The notes: generated from the letters alone by a model not told the origin. Counted from the first letter of the whole stretch, positions 14,456-26,401 are shown. The stretch is DNA of 63,750 bases, filler included, from Octopus bimaculoides (GCF_001194135.2; 7 parts of 7 records of this genome joined end to end with filler, not necessarily neighbours in it); one strand, 5' to 3'. Numbers and translations are program-made.

Positions 14456-14660
14456 TTAAACTTATCTTATGGAAATTTACCCTTAAAATTGGTTCTTAGT
14501 GAGTGGTTGAAGGATGGCCCTGAAAAGGAGACTTAACAGAAACATTGACATAGTTAATGGAAAGGGGTTTACAGTTGGTTGCAAAGTAAAAACAGACACA
14601 AAGCAGACACAGTGAATCACAGAAATCAGAGGACAATTAGAGAAAACTAAAACAATAATG

Positions 14661-14697
<37 letters not shown>

Positions 14698-14744
14698 TAA
14701 TCCCTTGGCCTGTGTGCCAAATAAAAGAAATTAATAATAATAAT

Positions 14745-14959
14745 TCTTTCTACTCTAGGCACAAGGCCTGAAATTTTGGGGGAGTGGGGCCAGTTGATTA
14801 GATCCATTCCAGTACACAACTGGTACTTAATTTATCAACCCCAGAAAGATGAAAGGCAAAGTCAACCTTAGGGAAATTTGAACTCGGAACGTAGTGATGG
14901 GTGAAATATCATTAAGCATTTCATCCAGTGCACTAACGACTCTGCCAGCTCACTGCCTC
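14745..14959 (-). mobile_element. SINE family B
   Basis: Full family B body flanked by (TAA)n. Confidence 0.85.
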
Positions 14960-15018
<59 letters not shown>

Positions 15019-15056
15019 TGATGATGATAATAATATCAACAATAATAATAGTAATA

Positions 15057-15362
15057 ACATTTTCTTTATTGGCCACAAGGGCTGAACACTAAACAAAAAG
15101 GGGACAGCACAAGTGACAAGTGGGGTTTAGTATAAAACTTCAGGAATAAAAATTAACACGAAAACAGAAAGCAACAAAAATCAACGACAAAATTCCCCAA
15201 AAGTAGGGAGTTCGAATCCAGGACAACCAAGGAACCCCACACATCCTGGCTTGCCTGACCCCTTTGGGATGCCTCAGTGGGTGCTCCTCTCTTTCTCAGC
15301 TCTTCCTCTCGCTTACAAGTGTTCAGATTAGGCCCCATTCACAGAGGCTCCTATTGCCACAT
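15057..15362 (-). mobile_element. Probable L1/Tx1-like LINE 3' end (last codons + 3' UTR)
   Basis: Minus strand NVA..SVNG-like terminal codons, then T-rich UTR ending agcccttgtggccaataaagaaa in a (TTA)n tract; clade call by recall only. Confidence 0.4.
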
Positions 15363-15758
15363 TTACAATTAAGTACTTGGCTGCTACTTAATTTATTGAC
15401 CCCGAAAGGATTAAAGGCAAAATCAAATTCAGCAGAATTTGAACTCAGGACTTAGTGACAGGCAAAAATACTACCAAGGAGTTTGTCTGGTGCGCTAATG
15501 ATTCTGCCAGCTTCATTAATGTTTAATAGCAATAATAACTTTTCCTACTGTAGGAACAAGGCCTGAAATTGTTGGGTGGGGGCTAGTCAATTACACTGAC
15601 CCCAGTGTTTCACTGGTACATAATTTATTGACCCCAAAAAGATGAAAGGCAAAGTTAACCTTAGCAGAATTTGAACTCAGAACATCAAGGCAGACGAAAC
15701 GCTGCTAAGCATTTTGCCCAGCATGCTAACGATTCAGCCACCTCACTGCCTTAATGCC

Positions 15759-15789
<31 letters not shown>

Positions 15790-15998
15790 TTCTACTATAG
15801 ACACAAGGTCTAGAATTGTTAGGGAGGGGTGTAGTTGATTACACCGACCCCTGTGTTTCACTGGTCCTTAATTTATCAACCCCGAAAGGATGAAAGGCAA
15901 AGTCAACCACGGCAGAATTTGAACTCAGAACATGAAGATGGACAAAATGCCATTAAGCATTTCGCCTGGTGTGTTAACGATTCTGCCAGCTTGCCATC
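15363..15998 (-). mobile_element. Three head-to-tail SINE family B copies (~15363-15515, 15540-15752, 15790-15998)
   Basis: Repeated family B body separated by (TAA)n. Confidence 0.85.
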
Positions 15999-16060
<62 letters not shown>

Positions 16061-16061
<1 letters not shown>

Positions 16062-17469
16062 GATAGGATACAACATACACAAATGAAAGAAAAAATAAAG
16101 AAAGAGTACTATAGACGAGTTAGATCAATACTAAAACAGAGCTCAATGCTAAAAACAAGATAATGGGTATCAACACTTTAGCTGTCCCAGTTATAAGCTA
16201 CAGCTACAACATCCTTAACTGGACACTAAACGAACTATGTAAAATAGACAGGAAAACAAGAAAAATAATGACAGGATATAGGATNNNNNNNNNNNNNNNN
16301 NNNNNNNNNNNNNNNNNNNNNNNNNNNNNNNNNNNNNNNNNNNNNNNNNNNNNNNNNNNNNNNNNNNNNNNNNNNNNNNNNNNNNNNNNNNNNNNNNNNN
16401 NNNNNNNNNNNNNNNNNNNNNNNNNNNNNNNNNNNNNNNNNNNNNNNNNNNNNNNNNNNNNNNNNNNNNNNNNNNNNNNNNNNNNNNNNNNNNNNNNNNN
16501 NNNNNNNNNNNNNNNNNNNNNNNNNNNNNNNNNNNNNNNNNNNNNNNNNNNNNNNNNNNNNNNNNNNNNNNNNNNNNNNNNNNNNNNNNNNNNNNNNNNN
16601 NNNNNNNNNNNNNNNNNNNNNNNNNNNNNNNNNNNNNNNNNNNNNNNNNNNNNNNNNNNNNNNNNNNNNNNNNNNNNNNNNNNNNNNNNNNNNNNNNNNN
16701 NNNNNNNNNNNNNNNNNNNNNNNNNNNNNNNNNNNNNNNNNNNNNNNNNNNNNNNNNNNNNNNNNNNNNNNNNNNNNNNNNNNNNNNNNNNNNNNNNNNN
16801 NNNNNNNNNNNNNNNNNNNNNNNNNNNNNNNNNNNNNNNNNNNNNNNNNNNNNNNNNNNNNNNNNNNNNNNNNNNNNNNNNNNNNNNNNNNNNNNNNNNN
16901 NNNNNNNNNNNNNNNNNNNNNNNNNNNNNNNNNNNNNNNNNNNNNNNNNNNNNNNNNNNNNNNNNNNNNNNNNNNNNNNNNNNNNNNNNNNNNNNNNNNN
17001 NNNNNNNNNNNNNNNNNNNNNNNNNNNNNNNNNNNNNNNNNNNNNNNNNNNNNNNNNNNNNNNNNNNNNNNNNNNNNNNNNNNNNNNNNNNNNNNNNNNN
17101 NNNNNNNNNNNNNNNNNNNNNNNNNNNNNNNNNNNNNNNNNNNNNNNNNNNNNNNNNNNNNNNNNNNNNNNNNNNNNNNNNNNNNNNNNAGAGATAACTC
17201 GAATGTGGAGTCTAAAAACAGAAACAATTCCTATCATAGTAGGTGCCTTAGGTATAATAAAAAAATATTCAGACAAATACATAACAAAAACACCAGGACT
17301 TACAAATATATATAACATACAGAAAATTGCACTACTGGATACTGCACATATTCTACGCAAAACACTTTCAATACAGTAAACATAAGAGCACCACAGCACA
17401 TACCCAAGGCGCACAGAGCTGCGCTCGGTAGTGAAGTGAAAGCACGTTATAAAAATAAAACTACTGAAC
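16061..17469 (+). mobile_element. 5'-truncated R4/Dong-clade non-LTR retrotransposon inside a (TAA)n tract
   Basis: GIQHTQMKEKIKKEYYRRVRSIL/ELNAKNKIMGINTLAVPVISYSYNILNWTLNELCKIDRKTRKIM (post-RT thumb); after the gap EITRMWSLKTETIPIIVGALGIIKK..IQKIALLDTAHILRKTLSIQ* (REL endonuclease C-terminus, stop 17377-79); (TAA)n on both sides. Confidence 0.85.
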
Positions 17470-17516
<47 letters not shown>

Positions 17517-17517
<1 letters not shown>

Positions 17518-17950
17518 CTACTCTAGGTGCAAGGACTGAAATGTCGGAAGAAGAACTTAGTTGATTCCATCAACACCAGTGCATAACTGGTACTTAATTT
17601 ATCAAACCATAAAGGATAAAATGAAACTTGGCAGAATTTGTACTGAATGTAAGGAGGAAAGAATTGAAGTCAGATGCCTACCATTTTGTCTGGCAATGCT
17701 AATGAATCTGCCAGCTCACAGCCATTAATAATAATGATAATAATAATAATAATGGTTTCGAACTCTGACACAAGGCTGGCGAGTTTGGGGTGGGTGGGTT
17801 AAGTCAATTACATCGACCCCAGTGCATATAGGTACTTATTTTATTAACCCCAAAAATATGAACAGCAAAATCAACCACAAGTAGGATTTGAACTCAGAAC
17901 ATAAAAACAAATGAAATACTACTAAGCACTTTGTCCAGTGTGCTAATGAT
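17517..17950 (-). mobile_element. Two diverged SINE family B copies in tandem
   Basis: Family B body (ctggtacttaatttatc..gaatttgaactcagaac..ctaagcactttgtcc). Confidence 0.7.
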
Positions 17951-18712
17951 AATAAAAATAATAATGAGAAGGGTGTTTCCATATTTGGCTAATTAAATAT
18001 TTTTTGGTTGATTTGTTTTACAGAATTCAATGAAATCATTTTGGATTCAACCTTTGATAGTAAGTTTAGGGGTTGACAGCAAATTATGGTGGGCGAAATT
18101 TATGAAGAATAGCAAAGGGAAAATTTCTACAAAGGATGGTCTGAGTTCAATTGTCAGGTTCAGAGATGGAGTTTTACTTTTGAAAAAGTCAAAATATTTG
18201 GTCTTTTAAGGTAAACAAACGAGTGTTTGGAAATAAAATACAATAAACTATTATATATGTACATGTATGTATATTACACACATGTGGTGTGTAGGGATAC
18301 ATATATGTTGTGTGTATATAATGTATATGCATATATATACGTGTGAGTGTATATATATATATATATATATAAATATATATATATACATACAAATACATAC
18401 ATATATGTAAATACATATAAAATTAAAATAAGCAACAGGATATCCAGAGGTGATGTAGAACGATCGTTTCAAGCAGCCCCATTTAATTGAACAATGCAAT
18501 CATTACATCAATTTAAATGCAGGGCTATCCTCAGCTGCATAAAGAAATAAATAGAATACATATATATATATATTATACATATATATATATATAATATACA
18601 TATATATATACATATATACACATATATATTCATATATATATATACATATATATATATATGTATATATATATGTATGTATATATATATACATATACACATA
18701 CATATATATATA

Positions 18713-18760
<48 letters not shown>

Positions 18761-19460
18761 CAAACCTGTGTTTAATTTGTTTTTATACTTATGTTTATTT
18801 GTCTTCCCCAGTTCTATGCAAAACCAGACAAGTTGTNNNNNNNNNNNNNNNNNNNNNNNNNNNNNNNNNNNNNNNNNNNNNNNNNNNNNNNNNNNNNNNN
18901 NNNNNNNNNNNNNNNNNNNNNNNNNNNNNNNNNNNNNNNNNNNNNNNNNNNNNNNNNNNNNNNNNNNNNNNNNNNNNNNNNNNNNNNNNNNNNNNNNNNN
19001 NNNNNNNNNNNNNNNNNNNNNNNNNNNNNNNNNNNNNNNNNNNNNNNNNNNNNNNNNNNNNNNNNNNNNNNNNNNNNNNNNNNNNNNNNNNNNNNNNNNN
19101 NNNNNNNNNNNNNNNNNNNNNNNNNNNNNNNNNNNNNNNNNNNNNNNNNNNNNNNNNNNNNNNNNNNNNNNNNNNNNNNNNNNNNNNNNNNNNNNNNNNN
19201 NNNNNNNNNNNNNNNNNNNNNNNNNNNNNNNNNNNNNNNNNNNNNNNNNNNNNNNNNNNNNNNNNNNNNNNNNNNNNNNNNNNNNNNNNNNNNNNNNNNN
19301 NNNNNNNNNNNNNNNNNNNNNNNNNNNNNNNNNNNNNNNNNNNNNNNNNNNNNNNNNNNNNNNNNNNNNNNNNNNNNNNNNNNNNNNNNNNNNNNNNNNN
19401 NNNNNNNNNNNNNNNNNNNNNNNNNNNNNNNNNNNNNNNNNNNNNNNNNNNNNNNNNNNN

Positions 19461-19503
<43 letters not shown>

Positions 19504-19516
19504 ATATAAATATATA

Positions 19517-19778
19517 GAAGGATAAGGGAAATTGTAGGAGGAACACATCCAGGCAATCAATACAAATTCCAAAGCAGAATTTTAAACACATAACGAAATA
19601 GATATAGATATAAATTTATAAATCAGTGAACAAAATGACATGTAAAAGTCGTATGTGAAAATTCTGCATCATGTATGTTGGGTTCCAGTGCCAAATGGAC
19701 GACTGATATGTCTATCTATTTCGTTATGTGTTTAAAATTCTGCTTTCCCAAATCCTCCTAAGATTTCCCAAATCCTTC
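19517..19778. repeat. Fold-back inverted repeat (34-bp perfect inner arms, 22/26 outer arms)
   Basis: 19571-19604 aaagcagaattttaaacacataacgaaatagata is the exact reverse complement of 19713-19746; 19517-19542 pairs with 19753-19778. Confidence 0.9.
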
Positions 19779-20087
19779 GATTCAGCACACGACGAGCACT
19801 TCTTAATACAGTCCGTGCATCGTGAAGCATACTTAAAAACATACTTTATAAGAAAATTTAACTTTATATAAATATATATACACATACAAACATATGCATA
19901 CACACATATATCTATATACATAAAAACCATGTATATATATATATGCATATATACACACACACACTCACACACACACATATATATACCTATATATGTGTAT
20001 GCATATACAAATATAAGTGCTTATAGCTATACATGCATATACAAGTGCGTGTATGTATATATGCATATATATACATACACACATACT

Positions 20088-20183
<96 letters not shown>

Positions 20184-20388
20184 TATATGCATACATATTA
20201 TTGTATTGAAAGGAACACACACAGGCATACACACGCATATGTATATTTTAGTATTGTTAAAGACATCTTATATAAATTTGTGGGCTTGTCATGTATATAA
20301 ATATTAAATAATTACATAGGCGCATGCGTTCACTCGTGTGCACACACACACAGATATAATACATATATATATATATATATATATATGT

Positions 20389-20419
<31 letters not shown>

Positions 20420-21299
20420 GTATACATCCATATACATATATATATAACATAAATAATAGATAATTATATGCATACACACACATCCATATGCATACACACA
20501 CATCCATATAAATACACACACATCCATATAAATACACACGCACGCGCACACACACGTATATTAAAAACGAGGAAGGCCGGGTTTATGGGACAACCTTGGG
20601 TTAGGTTTTCCCATCTATAAAGTTGTAGCAATTCATAAAAGGCGACAATGTGACGACGTACGTTCGTTACTGAACAGCTTAACAAATTCTTTTTGCTTTG
20701 AATTGGAAGTCGTCTTTAGTTTGTCTTCCTCTACGGAAGAATATGAAGATGGTTCAGTCGGATTTACTAATTTCATTACTCAGAGGTGATGGTAAGTTAC
20801 TTAACATTATGTTATACTTTTGTGCTTCTGTTTGCTGTAAAACTTGTTTCTAATTAAACAAACCAAGGGTGTCTCCCATCCAAGCTGGAGACAAAACTGT
20901 CAAAGAAACTATCATATATATCTTCTATCAAAATAAGACATTTCAAACTCTTCAATATTTTCTTCCATTCGAATGTTTTATAATTTTCAAACAAGAAAAT
21001 TTTGCTCTTATAATTTTAATTTGCTAGAAAGTGCAGTTAAACTTCTTATAACTATTATTGTTTATTTCTTCGACCTTCTTTTCCCTTCAACTTTTAATAT
21101 CAAATATTTCTGTTCATTAAATTGTTTGTCTAATGAAACTGTCATCGATTTTCCATTGAAACTTTTCTATATTTACCCCAAGTGTCAATACTTTTACGAT
21201 GTGGTGGTTTTACGTCCGAGGTCACGTCGGGAGGTCACCACTTTTTGTAGCCGCATTGTTTGTGTAACACTACTTTTAAATGTTTCCTATTTCGAAATA

Positions 21300-21427
21300 C
21301 AGGGTGTCCACAAAGTCTGGGTACATGGGGATTAACACATACTTCAAGAAATTATTATTTCTTATATTTAATTGTTTATGTTATGATTTTTATTTACTCC
21401 GTGTACCCAAACTTTGTGGACACCCTG
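21300..21427. mobile_element. 128-bp Tc1/mariner-type MITE
   Basis: TA|cagggtgtccacaaagtctgggtacatgg ... ccgtgtacccaaactttgtggacaccctg|TA; 29-bp TIRs with 2 mismatches, TA target duplication. Confidence 0.9.
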
Positions 21428-22754
21428 TATATTGAAAAAGACATTTTACTTTCGAAGTTGGAATCTATATTGATTAAACCCGTCACTTCTAACTTACTTA
21501 TAAGTTGTTGTCATTAGACATAAATCCGGACTACAGCTACAGAAACGTGATAGCGAGAAATATACACTCGGAAACATTAAATGGATATTTTATGCGTGCA
21601 TGTATGTTGAAGATAAATAAGTTCGTGTTCTTTAAAATCGCTATAAAAATTATTAAAATAGACTGTTTCATAATTGCAGAAATAAATTTCATTAACAAGT
21701 TGAAGAATGTGAAGAGAGAGAAAATAATTACTTCGTTATTTTATTTATGAATTCGGCAATTTCCGTAAAAGGTGTTGGGTTCGGGAAGTGGGACGAGAGA
21801 GAGATGGAGAGAGAGAGAGTGATTTCTTTTGAAGTTGGCAACAGTGGCTGGGGTAAGGAAAAAGGAAGAAGAAAAACATACCTTCTCTCTCTCTCTCTCC
21901 CTCCCTCCCTTACACACACATGCTAGTTATCTCTCTTTCTTTCTTTCTCTCTCTCCTTCTCCCTCTCTCACTCACACTCACACACACTTACACNNNNNNN
22001 NNNNNNNNNNNNNNNNNNNNNNNNNNNNNNNNNNNNNNNNNNNNNNNNNNNNNNNNNNNNNNNNNNNNNNNNNNNNNNNNNNNNNNNNNNNNNNNNNNNN
22101 NNNNNNNNNNNNNNNNNNNNNNNNNNNNNNNNNNNNNNNNNNNNNNNNNNNNNNNNNNNNNNNNNNNNNNNNNNNNNNNNNNNNNNNNNNNNNNNNNNNN
22201 NNNNNNNNNNNNNNNNNNNNNNNNNNNNNNNNNNNNNNNNNNNNNNNNNNNNNNNNNNNNNNNNNNNNNNNNNNNNNNNNNNNNNNNNNNNNNNNNNNNN
22301 NNNNNNNNNNNNNNNNNNNNNNNNNNNNNNNNNNNNNNNNNNNNNNNNNNNNNNNNNNNNNNNNNNNNNNNNNNNNNNNNNNNNNNNNNNNNNNNNNNNN
22401 NNNNNNNNNNNNNNNNNNNNNNNNNNNNNNNNNNNNNNNNNNNNNNNNNNNNNNNNNNNNNNNNNNNNNNNNNNNNNNNNNNNNNNNNNNNNNNNNNNNN
22501 NNNNNNNNNNNNNNNNNNNNNNNNNNNNNNNNNNNNNNNNNNNNNNNNNNNNNNNNNNNNNNNNNNNNNNNNNNNNNNNNNNNNNNNNNNNNNNNNNNNN
22601 NNNNNNNNNNNNNNNNNNNNNNNNNNNNNNNNNNNNNNNNNNNNNNNNNNNNNNNNNNNNNNNNNNNNNNNNNNNNNNNNNNNNNNNNNNNNNNNNNNNN
22701 NNNNNNNNNNNNNNNNNNNNNNNNNNNNNNNNNNNNNNNNNNNNNNNNNNNNNN

Positions 22755-22803
<49 letters not shown>

Positions 22804-23355
22804 CATATACACATTTGGCTGTTAATATAACTATATAATTTTAGATTAAAAGTAATTTATATAAAAACATGCAGTTATACACTCAGGCGCACACACATTG
22901 ATATATATATAGACATACGTTTTCACACAAACATACACATATATACGTGTATATATACACACACACATGTATATTATGTATGTTAAATAAATGCATATAT
23001 ACTTATGCAGGCGCATAAATGCACACACCCACCCATGCCCACACACTTACACCCACCCACCCACATTGAAACATTATACAGAACAGTGACACACAGACAC
23101 ACACACACATGCACATGCATAGATTCATTGCTCCTTTCTCTCTCTTTGCCTCACTTTTTTCCCTGCCTCCTTCTTTGCCTCTCTCTGTCACCTTCCCCAT
23201 CCTTCACTCCTCTTCCCTTTCTCACTTTCTCTTTCTTTTCCGTCATCAGTGAGTTTCTTCTTCTTTCCTGCTTTCTTGTAAAAAAAACAACAACAACAAA
23301 AAACGCATAATATCAAAAAAACGACATCAACATGGTAAACACTTGGGCATCCCGC

Positions 23356-23660
23356 TCATAAAACGATCGTCGTTGTCTGTATGCCAACATTGTCTTGGTA
23401 ATTGTCACCGTCCACCTTGTCCTCCAGGCCTGGTATGATTCGCACCATGTCGTCGACGTGTGAGTTGCGCAGCAGGTAGAGTGAGATGCCAAACACAGCT
23501 GCCATTTCGGCAGTGATGAAGGACACTCCGGCAAAGAAGAACGACCAGCCATAGAAGTAGGCAAACTTTGGGCCTTGGACACCAATGATCTTGGCTCGAT
23601 GTCCCACCTCATCGTTGACAGCTGATATGTAGAGAATGATGCCAACTGACAAAGCCAGAC
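23356..23660 (-). CDS. CACNG5/7-like: TARP-like terminal exon: TM3, ECL2, TM4, short C-tail
   Basis: Acceptor ctcttcttcag|GT; 305 nt to TGA at 23358-23356; LALSVGIILYISAVNDE..YFYGWSFFFAGVSF..MVRIIPGLEDK..TTTIVL*. Confidence 0.92.
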
Positions 23661-23691
23661 CTGAAGAAGAGATAATAATAATAATAATAAC

Positions 23692-23724
<33 letters not shown>

Positions 23725-23991
23725 CATTACCACTACCACCTAATAGTAATAGTAATGATAATAATAATAATAATAATTAGTACCACTACCACCAATAATT
23801 GTCGGAGCCATGGGAACAGTGAGTAAAAATCTCGAAGTACATGGAACAATTCACACAGGCCATCCTTGCTACGGTCATCCACCTTTTGACAAACTTACTG
23901 TCTGATGGCATCTCCCTCTCCAATCTCACCTTCCTTTTCAGGTGGAAAAGGAAGGTGAGATTCGTGTAACACTTGCTCGTCCCAACCCGTA

Positions 23992-24024
<33 letters not shown>

Positions 24025-25748
24025 GTGAGTAAAAATAAATACCAAAAAAGGGTTTTGTATGATCGTGTATAGAGGAATATATTATTTTATTTAAAAGAGT
24101 TCCAACTCTGTCTGATTTTTATGTTTTATTTATATTCTTGTAAAATTAATGTGGGATATAGAATATGGAATATATAATATATATATATATATACACATAC
24201 ATAAGTTTTCTAAACAATATCGTTGGTCCAGTGTGTTAACAGGGAATTTATAAACTATTTGACCTCGATTGATAATCCCTTGCTGATTGATTGATTGATT
24301 GATTGGCAAATAGATCGATAGATGGATATGTGTATACATGTATAAAGTATAAACGAAGAGAGCAAAATGAAGGAAGAAGAAGAAGAAGCATGAGGTGGAG
24401 GAAGGAGAGAGAAGAGAGTTAAATAAAAAAGGGCCAGAGAAGTACTTTACCTGAGAAAACATAAATGATTGCCCCTATCAACGTTTTCACATCTGCTTTT
24501 ATGTTCCCGATGACACTGGTGATGGCTGCAATGACTATCATGAGAAGAGCAACCACTGGGTAAGGGGCAGACAGTCGGATGGCTCCTGGAATTGGGTTTC
24601 AGAAAATAGTCAGAGTAAAATGAGAGACAATCTGTTTAAGTATACACTTGCTGTGGAATGTACATTTACCCATAAAAGCATTGGAGCTGGTGCCACATAA
24701 GATACACTGGTGATGGTGCCACGTAAGAAACACTGGTAATATAGGAGTTACGTAAAAAGCACTGGTGATGGTGCCACATAAAAAAACACTGATGATGGTG
24801 CCACATAAAAAACACTGGTGATGGTGCCACATAAAAAATACTGGTGATGGTGCCACATAAAAAATACTGGTGATGGTGCCACATAAAAAAATACTGGTGA
24901 TGGTGCCACATAAAAAACACTGATGATGGTGCCACATAAAAAACACTGGTGATGGTGCCACATAAAAAACACTGGTGATGGTGCCACATAAAAAATACTG
25001 GTGATGGTGCCACATAAAAAATACTGGTGATGGTGCCACATAAAAAAATACTGATGATGGTGCCACATAAAAAACACTGGTGATGGTGCCATGTAAGAAA
25101 CACTGGTGATGGTGCCATTTCAGCAACACAGCAATGTCTATGCTGCTAGCCATTTTGATGGTCATGCTGGTGATAATGCGACAAAAAGTGAGGGAAATCC
25201 TTTTGTGACAGGGTCAGGGTACATCCCTACTGTCTCTTTTGGTGGCACTGTTGTTTGAAACATGAACACATATAAAGAAAAAGAAGTTCATAGAATTTTA
25301 AAGCGAAAATGATGCTTCATCAGATCTATAGATATAGGGTCCTATGAGGGATTCTGCCATTGTCACTCCTAAGGACCCCTATTTCACATAGTGAAGTAGG
25401 GGCCTTAGAGTCAACTTAAAGCAAAAGTCAATCAAATATCACATGACTCTGTAAATGAACAATCTGGTGTGCTTGTTTTAATGGCCTACCAATGTATACA
25501 GTACGTTTCTCTGCCCTAGATGTCACGAAGGCACTCGGAAAGAAATGGAAACAGAATTGAAAGAAGATACTAATGAAAATAATAATAATGATATAGGAAG
25601 AAGAAGAGCAACAAGGAGGAGGGAGAGGATACAGAAGCAAACTTACGTATAATAGCCATAGACGTGCTAGCTTTTTCTATCCGCTCATAACCTTGTTTGT
25701 AGTACTCAATATTGGCACATAGCGATTCTTCTTCACCAGGACTGTACT
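23356..25748 (-). CDS. CACNG5/7-like: TARP/stargazin-like claudin-fold protein (voltage-dependent calcium channel gamma subunit family), 3' part; three exons join(25748..25647,24585..24451,23660..23356); 5' exon(s) not found
   Basis: Three exons with canonical AG/GT sites and consistent phase-1 introns splice into one open frame: ..YSPGEEESLCANIEYYKQGYERIEKASTSMAII-R-AIRLSAPYPVVALLMIVIAAITSVIGNIKADVKTLIGAIIYVFS-G-LALSVGIILYISAVNDEVGHRAKIIGVQGPKFAYFYGWSFFFAGVSFITAEMAAVFGISLYLLRN..TTTIVL*. The motifs GLxxxVGxxLYISxxNDE and YxYGWSFxFAxxSFxxxExAxV match the gamma-5/gamma-7 subfamily by recall. Confidence 0.88.
24451..24585 (-). CDS. CACNG5/7-like: TARP-like exon: TM2 and start of TM3
   Basis: Acceptor ccaattccag|GA, donor TCAG|gtaaag; 135 nt, phase 1-1; AIRLSAPYPVVALLMIVIAAITSVIGNIKADVKTLIGAIIYVFS. 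Confidence 0.88.
24680..25117. repeat. 26-27 bp minisatellite (actggtgatggtgccacataaaaaa(c/t)), ~16 units, intronic
   Basis: Direct reading; lies ~95 bp from the acceptor of the TM2 exon. Confidence 0.95.
25647..25748 (-). CDS. CACNG5/7-like: TARP-like exon: second half of extracellular loop 1 (conserved Cys)
   Basis: Acceptor ttcttacag|AG, donor ATAC|gtaagt; 102 nt, phase 1-1; YSPGEEESLCANIEYYKQGYERIEKASTSMAII. Confidence 0.82.
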
Positions 25749-25834
25749 CTGTAAGAACAAACACAAGTTATAAGATCATCATCATCATCATCATCATCAT
25801 CATTATTATTATAATCATGCTAATGATTCTGCAA

Positions 25835-26045
25835 GTTTGCAGAACCATTATCATGCTGAGCAAAATGCTTAGCAGTATTTTGCCTGTCGCTACGTTCTGA
25901 GTTCAAATTCCACCAATGTCAACTTTGTTTTTGATCCTTTTGAGGTTGAGAAAATAACTACCAGTTATACACTGGGGAGGTCGATGTAATCGACTATCAC
26001 CCTCCTCCTAATTTTAGGCATTGTGCCTTTTAGTAGAAAGGGCTC
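25835..26045 (+). mobile_element. SINE family B (plus orientation)
   Basis: aaatgcttagcagtattttgcctgtcgctacgttctgagttcaaattcc..gcattgtgccttttagtagaaaggg. Confidence 0.8.
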
Positions 26046-26401
26046 TTATTAATATTATTGGTGGTGGTGGTGGTGGTAGTATTCACGGCATCAGTACCAC
26101 CATCACTGTTTCAAACTTTGGTATGAGACAGCAATTTTTAGGGGTAAGAGTAAGTCGATTACATTGCCCCCCCCCCACCTCAAATTTTAAAACAAATTTA
26201 TAATTTTCTGATGTTTTCTTAAACATTCTCTAGAACAATACTTTGTGCAAAACCAAATATATGGCACCCTAGGCATAACACAAACATGACCTTCTAACTT
26301 GTTGTCTGTTGAGGTCTCTGGGAGAGACTGGGAGCCAACTTGTACAAATGCAAAGCAAAAGTCAAGCATAAAATAATAATAATAATAATAATAATAATAA
26401 T

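Noticed and set aside
19724-19825. Cys-containing peptide YASRCTDCIKKCSSCAESKDLGNLRRIWESRILNT* as a terminal exon
   Set aside because: The C-terminal half coincides with the inverted-repeat arm, the acceptor is weak and no family is recognised.
24666-25118. Repetitive ORFs (FFMWHHHQCFLCGTITS..) and a CRISPR-like appearance
   Set aside because: Pure tandem minisatellite without unique spacers, in a eukaryotic intron; no cas genes.
25285-25420. Minus-strand CTGATGA-agc..gct plus a nearby 12-bp hairpin (cccctatttcac-ata-gtgaagtagggg)
   Set aside because: GAAAC half is too mutated (TAAAAT) and there is no stem I, so it cannot be separated from chance.
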